Positions 47,420 to 59,297 of a stretch of 64,000 nt of DNA are shown in pieces. Under the pieces are notes generated by a model. That model saw only the letters and a list, made by a program, of their open reading frames with translations. It ran no database searches and was not told where the DNA came from. The stretch covers positions 5,952,001-6,016,000 of the forward strand of contig OZ281500.1 in NCBI GenBank assembly GCA_965637545.1, in the 5' to 3' direction. The position numbers and the translations under genes were made by a program. Within the stretch, counting starts at the first letter, position 1. Each line of letters begins with the position of its first letter. The DNA comes from Phallusia mammillata. Taxonomy: Eukaryota.

Positions 47420-50400
47420 AAAACTTGTTCATGGACCTCCGCCTTATTGATGACGGTTGTGTGGATTGTAATATATACAAAGAGTTTCAGTTCTTTCCTC
47501 TTGCACGCAGTTGCCTTTAATTTCGCTCTAAACAGGAACGTGTACTACATGTGCGATATAACCACCGCAAAACCGCAATAAGGGTGACTACAAAGTTCAG
47601 TCATGGTCGTCTCTCCTGTCTGTGTGGTTATAATTGCTAACCTTAAGCGTACTGCCGAAGATTCTACTTTCAGCCAGGAAATAGATCATTCACTAACTGA
47701 TGCACACTGCTTGAAACAACAGCATTCGGCAAAATCAAGACAAAATATTTAACACTGGAAAAGAAAACGTACACATAGTTGATGTTTGTTCTAGCACTCG
47801 ACCTACCCTTGGCCTCTAGACTTTGTGATATGGCGTTTTTACTTACATTCGTACCTATCGCAAGAAATGGAACACCGACAATTGTTTCTGCCTTCAAAAT
47901 TGGGTTTGTTCGGGCCAAGGTTTTAGCCGTCAAGAAATTTTTCGCGTTTTCTATTTTTATGCCCGCGCCCTTTTACTAGAAACAGGAATATTTTTGCTTT
48001 CTTCGTCTGTTTTTCGTATTCTTCGTTCGTTTTTTTGCTCGAGCTTCAATCTCTTAACGAACCAAAAGGCTCTGTCCTTTTAATTTATACATGGCGCCTA
48101 CTCGAAATCCGGTTCTCTGTTCTGTACACATTAATTTGCAGTCAGTCGAAAGAAACAGTTTTGTGTAGATCAGAGCTTACTACATGATAAAAATTGCAGT
48201 TGTGGAACTGACCAAGGCAAAAATAATTCGCGTTGTCTTTGTAGCGACGTCTACACATATATACTGTGAACTGTGGAATGAAAAGCTTTTGTAAAATTAT
48301 CAGTTTGGGATTTTGCTAAGTAGGCCATTACTTCATGCCACGAGATACACTTCACTTTTGGGGCGAAGTCTACAGTACATGCTAACTTTTAAATTTTTAA
48401 ATGTTGATTTGACGAGAAAAATGTGACAAATCACTACCATAAAAAGTAGATACCAAGCCGAAAACAGCTGCGCAACTGTAAGAAAATTGAAGAAAACACT
48501 GCAGACCCACCATCAGTCTCTGTAAGGCAACCGGACTCATTACACCATTTTTTGTCACAAAAACCTTCATTATTGCCTGCGTAATGCCAAACTTTTAAGC
48601 AGACGCAAGTAGGTGCTAAACGCTTGCTTTAAGCCCAAGTCGCCTTTGCCGCAGAGGTGGAGAAACCCGTGCACACCATGTGTTGGCATTCACCTTATGC
48701 CTGTCGAGCTCGTTGTGATTTTCGAAGTGGATCAATTTGCCCGCCCTGTGGAAAACGTGTCCGACTGTTTAGGTCAGTGCTTGAGGCTAATTTGCCATGA
48801 AAAGCGACGAAATCCACAGCAAGCTACTGGTAGCTGATTTAAAGAATAGAAGGCAGTCTATTTCAAGACCTATCATTTATTGCAGTTGTGGAACTTGCCA
48901 AGGACATGAAAAGTGAGGTAAAATATTGTTTGAAGACTGTCGACATAAATCTTGGAAAACGATTGCAAGGACTTTTAACATTTACGGTAAGTGACATGGA
49001 TTGAGATAGCAATCCTCGTAGCCCTCAAACACTGTTTGTGCAAGAGTTATCCCAAAATTCCTTTTGTGTTTTTGATCACTATGATGTAACAAACGATTAT
49101 TGTTGCTTCTAGGCGGGAAAATGCCTTGTTGACTATTTATATTGATTGCGTGGCACTGCTGTCAGGCTTAGTGGAAGGAACTGGCAACAAAAAACCCTTA
49201 ATATTCATCATATCACGCGTGGAATTCAGTGGAGCTTTGGATTTTCTGGACCCTTATGTCCAGTCATGGTGCTGTGAAGCATGCAGGCTTTTTTTTTAGT
49301 GTGAAAGCACAACGAAGATGGGAGGTAAATGCCGGACCGGTTGAAAGCAAACATCTAAAATGGATTTTAGACACATTGTGAAACGTTTTTGAACTTTATG
49401 AAAGCTAAAGGTAACAGAAATTTTGTTTCGTGTGAAAGTATCGCTTGATACCCTGTACTTTGTCTGACGGCGGATCGAAGTCTTCATAAACACGGCCTCC
49501 ATGATCAACTTGTGTTTTTTGTCGACTTTGGTCTGGATTAGATGCAGACGGCAAAGAGATGTCGATGTAACCCTTTTCACTTGTTCAGAACCGCCAAGGT
49601 ACGTATACTTTATAAAGAAGTTAGACAGGTGCCAGAACAAGGAAAATTACCCACGTACGACAACAAGCAGTTCACACGAAAACGAGAAGGAACGGTGACG
49701 TATAGACGCCATCTTGGAACTGGCAGTAGTTTGTCGACGGACATTCAGGTATTAAATGATCGACTTAACTCAACTCAATGGTTTCATTAAATGCTTTTTG
49801 TTTTGGATCGTGGTATTTGTTAATCTGTTTTAGTGCAGTGATTTTCCGTTACGATTAATTTCACGTCGTGGACAACCAGCCCAATTAAAAGAATATCGAG
49901 GACCGTTTAATTTTTGAGCAAGCATACACAACAGGCATTTTTTTCAAATGTATTTCTTCAAAATGGAATTTTAAAAAGTGGCATAAACTACTGGCAGCTA
50001 GAAATTTAATCTGAAATCGTTTTCTTTTAAAGACTATTTCCTGGAATTGTGTGAAAACTTAAATGCTTATCCAGTTTATCGCAAAAGTCATCATATGGAC
50101 CACCAGTTGAGAACTACTGAGTTATGGATTCAGCATGTGGTTTGGAAAATTCTTTCTCATGTTTGATATCGTTTGTATAAGTGATAAAACAAAACTTTGT
50201 TTTACAATTCGATTTTTTTGCAGAAAACAAAGCTGATGAGTTGTTTGGTTTAGACATCGTAGCAAAACTTGAATGATGGAGGATAAGAAATATGATGGAA
50301 ATTCTAAAAATCGTTCATTCCAAATATCATATCATATTTCTCGACTACATTTTTTATTTGGGATTAGTTTCGTGTTTTACGTTCGCCTTTGTTCTGTAGC

Positions 50401-50923
50401 GGTCACGTGCTTTCAAACCATTATTTTGGCACATTGGTTTGGCTAAGCATTAAGTAATGGAAAATTTTAACTTTGCAACCATGACTTTTCGTTCCATAGA
50501 ATTTATATGCTGTTTTTGTAACATATGGTATCGAGCGGTGCAACTTTACTGTTCCATGTGTTCTCATGATTCAGTAACTATTGGAAGCACATATTCGGTG
50601 TCGTTGCTACATGTTCCCGTCTTCCTCATATGTTCCAACAGCCTGACCATAAGACAGGCTGTTGCGTAAACCGGGTTTTCGAAATACGCGCGCACCCCGA
50701 GCCCCCGCAGTTCTTTTTCTACTTTTTTACAAATGTGTTTTCGAACATGATAACGTGTCTTTAAGAAGATTTTCGACTGCTTAAATTTTCCTAAACCATT
50801 TGCCACCCCTGTGTACCTCACACTGATTCAACAATATGTATTCACGAGAAATGATTTTTGGCGACGAATTTGTATTATGTACACGTGAAAAATCTCATCC
50901 TATTTAAGCATACGAAAAGAGGA

Positions 50924-53039
50924 TTAGTTAGGTGATGACCATTCTTTCAGCATTCGACGAGCGGCGCTCAATGCAACTTTCGGTGGTGTTCGGATATGTG
51001 CTACTGGGGTAGATGATTCAGAAGTGATTTTTTCACCAACAATAGAATTATCGGCGTCTTCTAGTACTTGAGGCTTCTGATCGAGAATAATCTTCAGGAG
51101 GACGCTCCAACCAGGCTCTTGTGTAGCATCCACAGGATCATTGCTTGATTCCTCATCTTCTTCAGTGATCTGTAAAATAATGATGAATGATTTCCAAATT
51201 TGTTGTTAATGTTTTTTTTATTTTTACAAAAATGTTGTTAAGTTAAGGATTATTGATTTGCTACAGAAATGTTATCATTAAAGTTTTTTTCATGAGTAAA
51301 CATAAACTTACATGTGGCAGCTCGGGGTCCAAAGGTTTAAGACAAATCACCCATGGTGACCAGACATGATGTTGATTTACTGGATGGAAGCTATCTTTCA
51401 CAATGCTCTGTAACAATGGATAATTGCAAAGGGTAAGTTGACTTAGGAACACTATGCACGGACTTGAAAAGTAGTTTAATCATAAACATTACTGCCAAGG
51501 TAGTGGTGTATATAGAATACATCGTGTAGACGTTTCGACAATCTCTGTTGACTTACATTTTAAAAAAAAATCAAAAAGGTTTCTACCATTTTTGTTTCAT
51601 TATCCTGCCGACTTCTTTTGGGTGGGATTACATCTTGTACCTCAGCTATTTCATTGGTGTTCTGACATCGGTCATCTATTGAGTGAAAGTTCCACAATCC
51701 GATTTTTCTGCCGGTGTCATTGCACTGAATGCTTAGGTTTGATGCAGAATAATCACAGCTGTTAAAAACAAAAACATGTTCAATGGCAACCAACTATTTC
51801 AACTTGGAGTTGGTTGAACTAGAAGGTAATCTCACCAACACAATAGCAAAGATCAGAAGAAAGAATTATTAAAAAGTTATTTATATTTTCATACATTGTT
51901 TGCCAGCCACAGAGGGCAAGCAGTGTTGATGACACCTTGATCATTTTTGCAACGTCAGCATTCTCTTCACTTTCCTCTGCTTCATTCATTAGCAGATTTG
52001 CTTTGTTAATAAGCTTTGTCATGACATGATCGGATATATTCTGCACAAAACAACAAATCTTAAATTTTTTTAGGGATAAATCCTACATGATCCACTATAA
52101 CACCAAAAGCTGTATATTTACAGCAACCTAAATTGATGAGTAATATTTTTGTTTCTCTACCAAAGTACCAACCATGGATGCGATGACCTTGTTGTTAACA
52201 TGTGGCAACCATTCGTTCAGTTTGAGGAGGTTGTTTGCACGCTCTACAAACTCATTTTCCAACTTCACTTGACACTCTTTGGTGAGATATTTCAAATGAA
52301 AGGGATATAGGTAAGAATGTGGACTACAGTTACTTGGCCATGAACAAATTTGCATGTGACCAGAGATGATCTGTTTCATGGCTTTCCTGCACTGCTGGTG
52401 GTCTGAAATAGATATGTGCATTCAATTTACCACTACAGAGATGCTTGTGTATGTGATGCTATGTTTTAATACTAGGTCGTAAAGAATGGACAGTTATGTA
52501 GTTTAAAAGCATATACAGTGGCAACTTACAGTTGTTTGAATTTGACCAAGGTAATCTCATTGACACAATAGCAGCGCATGAGCAGCATTTAATAAGGTCT
52601 TCTCCAATGCATTCCCATCCATACTGAGCCAACAATGGAGGGCTCAGACACAATGGCTTACCACACCAATATGAAAGCTGCAAGTTTAGCAATGTAAGGA
52701 AAATCATTTTTCCTTTAAGTTTAGAATTAGCAGTTTGTATTATAAAGGCTAAAATGTGAATTAAAAACATATAATTAATACAGTTTTAGCAAAGGATACA
52801 GTAAATGTGCTTAATCTGTGGTGATAGCCATCCTTTGATCTGTTGGAGACTACTGAAGATCCATTACAGCTGGTATTGTGTGAATCTCCATTTGTTTCTG
52901 GGTCTTCGGTCTCATTAGATAACTTACTTAATGTGCTGCTAACCAGATCAAGCAAAGTGTTTTTGACCTGTTCCACCACAGACATAGAAGGCCTCATTGC
53001 ACTTGGTATAATTTGCTGAGTTGGCAGTTTCTCGGACAT
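50924..53039 (-). CDS. ZC3HC1: ZC3HC1/NIPA nuclear-basket zinc finger protein, about 425 aa
   Basis: 7 exons: 53039-52800, 52677-52530, 52402-52173, 52040-51895, 51758-51587, 51407-51312, 51169-50924 (1278 nt). Motifs RLSTFT, YWCGKPLCLSPPLLAQYGWECIGEDLIKCCSC, HMQICSWP, LLALCGW, RKIGLWNF, SFHPVNQHHVWSPWV and EPGWSVLL match ZC3HC1. Confidence 0.92.
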
Positions 53040-53641
53040 AATGAACTTTGCTACAGTATATTGATTCCGCAAAACAATGAAATTTTAGTCTTTGACTATT
53101 TGCTTTAAACCGTCAAGAGAATTCTTTAACTCTGCACCGAGGTTCAGAATTAGACCAGTGTTGACAGTTGAACAGGCAATAAAACTGACAGTCAATGGTT
53201 GCCTAGAAAAATCATTGCGTTATTTGTAAATAAATGTGAAAAAACAACTTCACCCAAAACTTACCGATTAAAATGCACTATGGTGTGGTTGTTGTAAAAA
53301 CAAATAAAGAACTCGTTCTTTCCAAACCCAAGCTTCCCCGAAAGATCAGATGCAAGTGGGAAAGTGCTGAGAAATCCAGACCGCAAAGCAAATTCAGGTG
53401 CTTTCTCGTTTGCTACCTGAACAACAAAAAACATTCTAATATTTTGGTGTTAATACACTTTTTTATCATGTAAAGATGGACATAAATTCACTACTGTCAG
53501 CCCTGAAGCATCTATGCAGACAAGCGCAATCACGGTACACTCATATGTAAACCACAAGTCTACGCCTTGCCACATGAGAATGCTAGGTGACTGTACTGTC
53601 ATTTATAACATGTTCACATTTTTTAATCATTGTGTTGTGAA

Positions 53642-54040
53642 TAGTGATGGGACGATACCAGGTTTTGAAGCGAGTACGAGTACCACATGTATATACCTTT
53701 GATACAGAGTAAGATTACCGAGTACTTAAGTCTAGTGTTGTACTTAGTTGTATATCACTGGCTAATTTATCTGCCATGGTCGGGGTACAGGCGTACACTC
53801 ACACATGCCGAAAAATGTAATCACCACGTGATAGTGAAAAAGATGTACGTAAACTGGCGGAACTTTTTTCCACTTTTGTGCTGTCCGAAGCAAATATTGG
53901 CATAAAGTTGCCCATGTTCTTATGGTGTAAATCGGCCTTCGGTACTGGCACTTTGGTATCGAAAACTGAGACAAAATATTTGGATACCGAGTATCGATAC
54001 CACTGAAATCGTTCGATACTGGGTACTTGTCCCTTCACTA
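53642..54040 (+). mobile_element. hAT-type MITE, 399 bp, copy 2 (between OSTM1 and ZC3HC1)
   Basis: Same family as 37637-38035. TIR TAGTGATGGGAC / GTCCCTTCACTA and a perfect 8-bp TSD GTTGTGAA. Confidence 0.95.
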
Positions 54041-54536
54041 GTTGTGAATAACCAAAATTGTCTGTACCAATGAAGCAAACCTTTATGTTAATGTTACCTT
54101 TAAAATAGGCACACCATCACGATCAGACACAACAATAGCGTACAATCCTTTGATACTACTCAGCTGACGGTAGAGGTACTTCTTTAAATCTTCAGACATG
54201 ATGGTATTGCACAAAAATCAAACAAATTATCCTTAATCATATTATGCTGAACAGACACCCTGTACCACAGTAAAGCACAGTGATAATGTAGCCAATGCAC
54301 ATAATAGAAAAACGTAGTATTTACTTTTATTTAAATTCACATTGCAATTTAACCAGCAGCAATTTGCTTTATTCTGATGAAAGTATAATAAACATTAAAT
54401 AGTAATCACATTTCAAGTACAGAATATTTAAATCTGGGAAATGAATAGTCTTTTAACAGTTTAAACAGAACATTATTGAGTTTTGTTACAAATTTGTTTT
54501 GGCAAACTTAAAACGATCAATTATATTTGTTGAAAA

Positions 54537-55472
54537 TTATTCGGCATTGTCCAGCCTTGTGTGTCTGATCACACCACAGTGACCCAGCAAAAAGTCCTGG
54601 TTAGCATGCATCCAAACGCCAACATACAGTAGTATTGGTAGAGAAAACACAAGTGCAGCTATTTCCCATATTTCACCTTGATCTTTTTGTGCAACAGAGC
54701 ACTTAAATTTTTGTCCCCAATCTAGCCTTGTATAATTCATAGAATCAATGAGATCACTGCACAGTTTGTTTTCTTTTTCCACTGTTTCATAATAGTCATT
54801 TGCCTCGCAGTATAGCTTTACGCAAAAACTGCAAACCGTTTGGTTGGGATCTTGGGTAACTAAACCTGGTACGACCCCCTGGCCAAAGTCACTGAAACAC
54901 GAAAGTGTGTTTTCAATCATTGCCAACAACTTTTTTGTGCTTTCTGCTGGCTTGTATATCTGTGTGTCATTACTTTCCGTGACATCGAAACATTGATCAC
55001 ATTTTGATTTGTCCCATATGTATAAGATGAAATTATAAGTTGCCAGTACAACCTGTACATTGTCAGCTCGTAAAATTTGCCTTTTGCAGTTACTTGATTC
55101 ATTCTTTCCTTCATTGTTGAAGATGATCTTGTAAACATTGTTTACTGACATGTATTCTGACACACAGTTTTCGCAGTAATGCAGTGGCCGTGCATTAGCA
55201 ACAGTGCAGTTAATAAACTTTGCTGTAGCATTGCTAAACTGTTCCAAATACCTCATACAGTCTGGTGAGACAGATCCAGTCATGATATCTTTGTCGCAAT
55301 TTTTTTTAGACCAGCATTCACGCCGGTAGCTTTTCTCATTTCCACTGCTTCCTACAAGTGTACCTTCAACCCATTGTGAAGAGGAAGTATTGGTTTCTGT
55401 TGCACTTGCAAACGATTGTGATAATCTAAGCAGAGATAACAGGCAAAATAAACTGAAATTCAAGATATCCAT
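54537..55472 (-). CDS. OSTM1: Osteopetrosis-associated transmembrane protein 1 (CLC-7 beta subunit), 311 aa, intronless CDS
   Basis: Single ORF with a signal peptide and a Cys-rich, N-glycosylated luminal domain (NARPLHYCENC, LRADNVQVV, IWDKSKCDQC, LCSDLIDSMNYTRLDWGQKFKCS). One C-terminal TM helix. Confidence 0.92.
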   Translation of the reverse strand: MDILNFSLFCLLSLLRLSQSFASATETNTSSSQWVEGTLVGSSGNEKSYRRECWSKKNCDKDIMTGSVSPDCMRYLEQFSNATAKFINCTVANARPLHYCENCVSEYMSVNNVYKIIFNNEGKNESSNCKRQILRADNVQVVLATYNFILYIWDKSKCDQCFDVTESNDTQIYKPAESTKKLLAMIENTLSCFSDFGQGVVPGLVTQDPNQTVCSFCVKLYCEANDYYETVEKENKLCSDLIDSMNYTRLDWGQKFKCSVAQKDQGEIWEIAALVFSLPILLYVGVWMHANQDFLLGHCGVIRHTRLDNAE

Positions 55473-55962
55473 CTACAGGTGTAAATCTAAACAAGAACTT
55501 GTGTTAAGTTATAATATTTCAGAGTTAACTTTAATGGACGACACATTCAGAACAAAGCAGTAAAACTGAAACAATAATATGAAAATGGTAGAATGCAAAT
55601 GTCACAATATTTTAAAGCATTTCGGTCCTAAACAGTTCTTAAACAGATAAGTCACCCTAACAGAGTTACCAAAAACTATTGGCTTCTAGTATTAAATTGT
55701 TATACAAAACGACTGTTTTTAAAAGCGGAAAATGTACGGTTATATTTAGTTACACACAATTATCGCTTCTATTATATTTACCACAATGTAGTTTGACACT
55801 TTGACCAGACCCGTTTGGGCACAAAACATGCTAATCATGTGACACACATGGCCAGGAAAAGAACAGACTTGTTTATGGGTTAGTACAAAATATAATCTTG
55901 AGTAAGCGAAGCAATTGGTAATTTTTGTGACAAATCAACACGCAAATATATATATTTTTAAT

Positions 55963-57717
55963 TTAATTACAATCTTCCCATGTCGTTGGTGCAACTTGAA
56001 GGAGTTTTTGAAGCACCAGAGTTATCTTGTCAAGTCCATTGCATTCACGCCACTTGTATGCAAAAAAGTAATACACAATGGGCGAGGCAAGCAAAAACGC
56101 GAGAGAATACAAAATTAGAACATCTGGTTTGTAAACGAGAGGCGCAACAAGGAGGTAGCAACAAATGACGACGGCTAAAACCGGAACAGGAATCGGAATC
56201 TATAAAATAAAGTAGCTGGTAGTTTACCATTTGTTTTTAGCCTACATGATCTCGTATCGAACCTTAAATGGTCGTTTCATCGTAGGACGAGTGATTCTCA
56301 TGACCAAAATGCTAGCTATGGAAAGAGCTAGAAAGATCCACTTACTAAAGCTAAAAGCATTAATCAGTGAATTAAAGTCGTTTGGAAGCAGATAAATCAG
56401 CCCCGTCAACGTCGTAAAAATTAACGCCGGAGTTGGCGTGTGGTAATGAATGTCAGCCATTTCAAATATCTGTGAAAAGTATCAGAAGTAGCATGCTTAA
56501 ATCAACCTTTTCTGCGCAACATTACATTAAATCAGCCCAACCTTGGGAAGCTGACCACGCCTGGCCGCCGCCAGTGGAATTCGACCTGCTGCAATGACCG
56601 TTCCATTCAGGGAACCAGCAATTGACAAACAAACAGATACCGGTATAATCCAAGCAACAGGACCAAGCACACGTGATGCCCACGTTACTGCGACTGCGTT
56701 GCTTTGTAAAATCTCCTCAGGGGTAAGAACTGAAACGTGCAAATAGGTTTAACGAGGCAAATGAAACCTTACGATCAACTGTACGTTCAATACCTACCTG
56801 CAAAATAAGAGATGTTTACCATTATATAAAACATTGTCACTAAAGGCACTGCGATTAAGATGGCTCTTGGTATGGTTTTATGCGAATCTTTTACTTCTTC
56901 TGCAAGAGTGTTTAACCCGTTCCATCCATCATAAGCCCACAGGCCTTGATAAAATGCCAGGCCAACTTCGGAAAAGCCTATACCGACCAAGTCTTCTTTA
57001 CGAAAAGCGTTGCTGAAGTTATTTGTTCCTACTTGGTCACCCTGGCACAAACGGACGATTCCTCCAACTATTATTACAGCCATTCCCACAAACTTTGCCC
57101 AAGTGAGAATTTCTTGCAGTTTTGATGCAAATTTTAGACTTACGCAATTGACGATAGTAAGAAGTAAAAGTAGACTAGCCGCGATAGCCTGAAAATAGAC
57201 AAGTGTCGTATGTCTTATTTGTACCAACCTATTGTAACTAACAAAAACAATTTACTAATACCTTGGAAAAATATCTCGATGGTTTACAAGTGCTGGGATA
57301 GAATGATTCAACAGCGTAATCTCCAAAAGTTAACGCCAACGCAGCTATAGCAGTTCCCATGGAAATTAGGCAAGTGCACCACACATAAGAGAAAGCTAGC
57401 CAGGGTCCACACCCTGCATGTATATAAGTGTAGGTCCCACCTGAAATGCTAAAGCAAGACCCAAGCTCACAGTAACAAAGGGCGCCCACCATAGCTATGA
57501 CACCACAGCCGGCCCACACGACAAGGCTGAGACCTACACTGTTGTTGGATCCAGCTAAAACCCCAGTCGGGGAGACGAATATTCCAGAACCAACCATAAT
57601 TCCTGCAATGACTGCTACACTTCCGGCAAGTCCAATCTCTCGGCGCAGTAGAAATTCTTTGTTCTGAGTTCGAGTACTTTTCCCGATTTGGCTGCGATTG
57701 GTCTTAATTGCTTGCAT
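55963..57717 (-). CDS. SLC7A9: SLC7 heteromeric amino acid transporter light chain, b(0,+)AT-like, about 492 aa
   Basis: 5 exons: 57717-57262, 57188-56798, 56729-56542, 56469-56263, 56199-55963. Motifs GIMVGSGIFVSPTGVL, GALCYCELG, FYQGLWAYDGWN and RPFKIP. The TM3-4 loop Cys (FYPSTCKP) used for the heavy-chain disulfide is retained. The exact paralog assignment needs a tree. Confidence 0.85.
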
Positions 57718-59297
57718 CCTGAATAGTTGCGGTATGTGCATGTGAAAAATGTTAAATCTGTAAGTACAAAATGTACTCAAAAAGAGCAGCAGACGATCAG
57801 CGTCAGTGTAATGCCTGTAAGTACAATTGTTAGTTTTCTTTGAAAGTCTTACTTTGTAGGCTGCTATTCAAAGCATGCAGTTCACAGTGTCAATTCTGAA
57901 AAAATCCCTGTTATAACAATCACTAGGTGTCATAGTATTTTTCTGGACTGCAAAAATAAAAAAGCACTTCTCTGAGCTAAAAAAAAACATTCCAAGTAGT
58001 TAGGTAAATTGCGTATTTTGAGTACATTCCATATTCTACAATAGATCGTTGAAATGTATGGCGTTTTCATGAAGCTTAGCCATTGCATTGTTAGTCGTGG
58101 TTTGTTTATAGTTTAGAGTAGTCTGTCTAACTAACCAATACTCTCTTCAGAACATGCCTGGTTCTTCGTAATAAGGCTAAAATGACGGTCAATAAGTGTG
58201 ATGTTGTCTGCACACGAGACAATGCGAGTAAACGAAATATCCGTTGTTAGCCGAAGTGGTGTCACTTACTCGATGTGCATGTGTAATGCAAACACAGCGA
58301 AGTATCTGCGTTTGCAAACAATGTATACTACATCTGCAAACACACTTTACAAAAATCGAGCAAGCCTGGGCTTAACGCGACGAAACCCTCTACAGATGAT
58401 TTTTATGGAATGCTCAATGCAAACGATCTGATTTGTCAACCAACAGAAAGGACAGTATTAAATCAATGTTTGCGTACAGGTATACTGTTGCGTAACACAA
58501 CGTTGTCTGATTTTCCAATAAAGTCTTGCAGGTTTACTACCGATTTAAACACTACCAAATTTGGTCGAGTTTACACACAACCAGAAGCAATTTCCCGTCA
58601 CATACACTCAGTCCAATTGCTCGCAATATTTCTCTTGGATTGCTGACGAAGCTAGAAGTAGTGCCTAGCATTGCATGTATGATCTGTAATCGCAACTGTC
58701 CTCATGTAATAGCGCCCTATATAAAACCTGCAGTTCGAGCTGATCACATTACATGAGTACGCTCCGTTTGAATTCTGGATTGAGTTCCTCAGAAGTGTGC
58801 AGAGGACATTGACCTAAAAACTGGACTAGCCTTTTGTGAAGTGAGATTGTATGCTTTAGCCTTGTGTTATGAGTGGCGTTTGTACGCAAAATTTTTGATA
58901 CGTTGTAAATATGTAGGGATTGTTGACTAACATAATATGTATACCTGTGCTTTTCATTTCACTAAACTAGCATGCTGGTAGTGTGCAAATACATTGTACG
59001 AAAAGGAGGTGTACTTTTTTTCAAGCTAAAGATTTCACGTTAAGTGAACTCAGTCATGATTAGCAAATGTTAAAAAGTTTTAACTTCATAAAGGTAAAAT
59101 TGTACTTTATGTTATATGACGTCGGTTTGTAGATAAGACAGCTTTTTCAGAGTACGAATTCAACCTGGAAGCTAAGGAAATAAGTTACAATACACAAACA
59201 TCGTACAACACTGCAAAAGGGGTCAATTAGGGTTACGACAGGCAAAATTGACTACGAATATGAGGTTTTAAAAAAGTTTTTCATTTGCTCATTTGTT

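Noticed and set aside
50564-50821. 85-aa ORF and a 10-bp hairpin (CAACAGCCTG/CAGGCTGTTG) just downstream of ZC3HC1
   Set aside because: GTG start with no homology, probably 3' UTR. The hairpin lacks SECIS or snoRNA box features.
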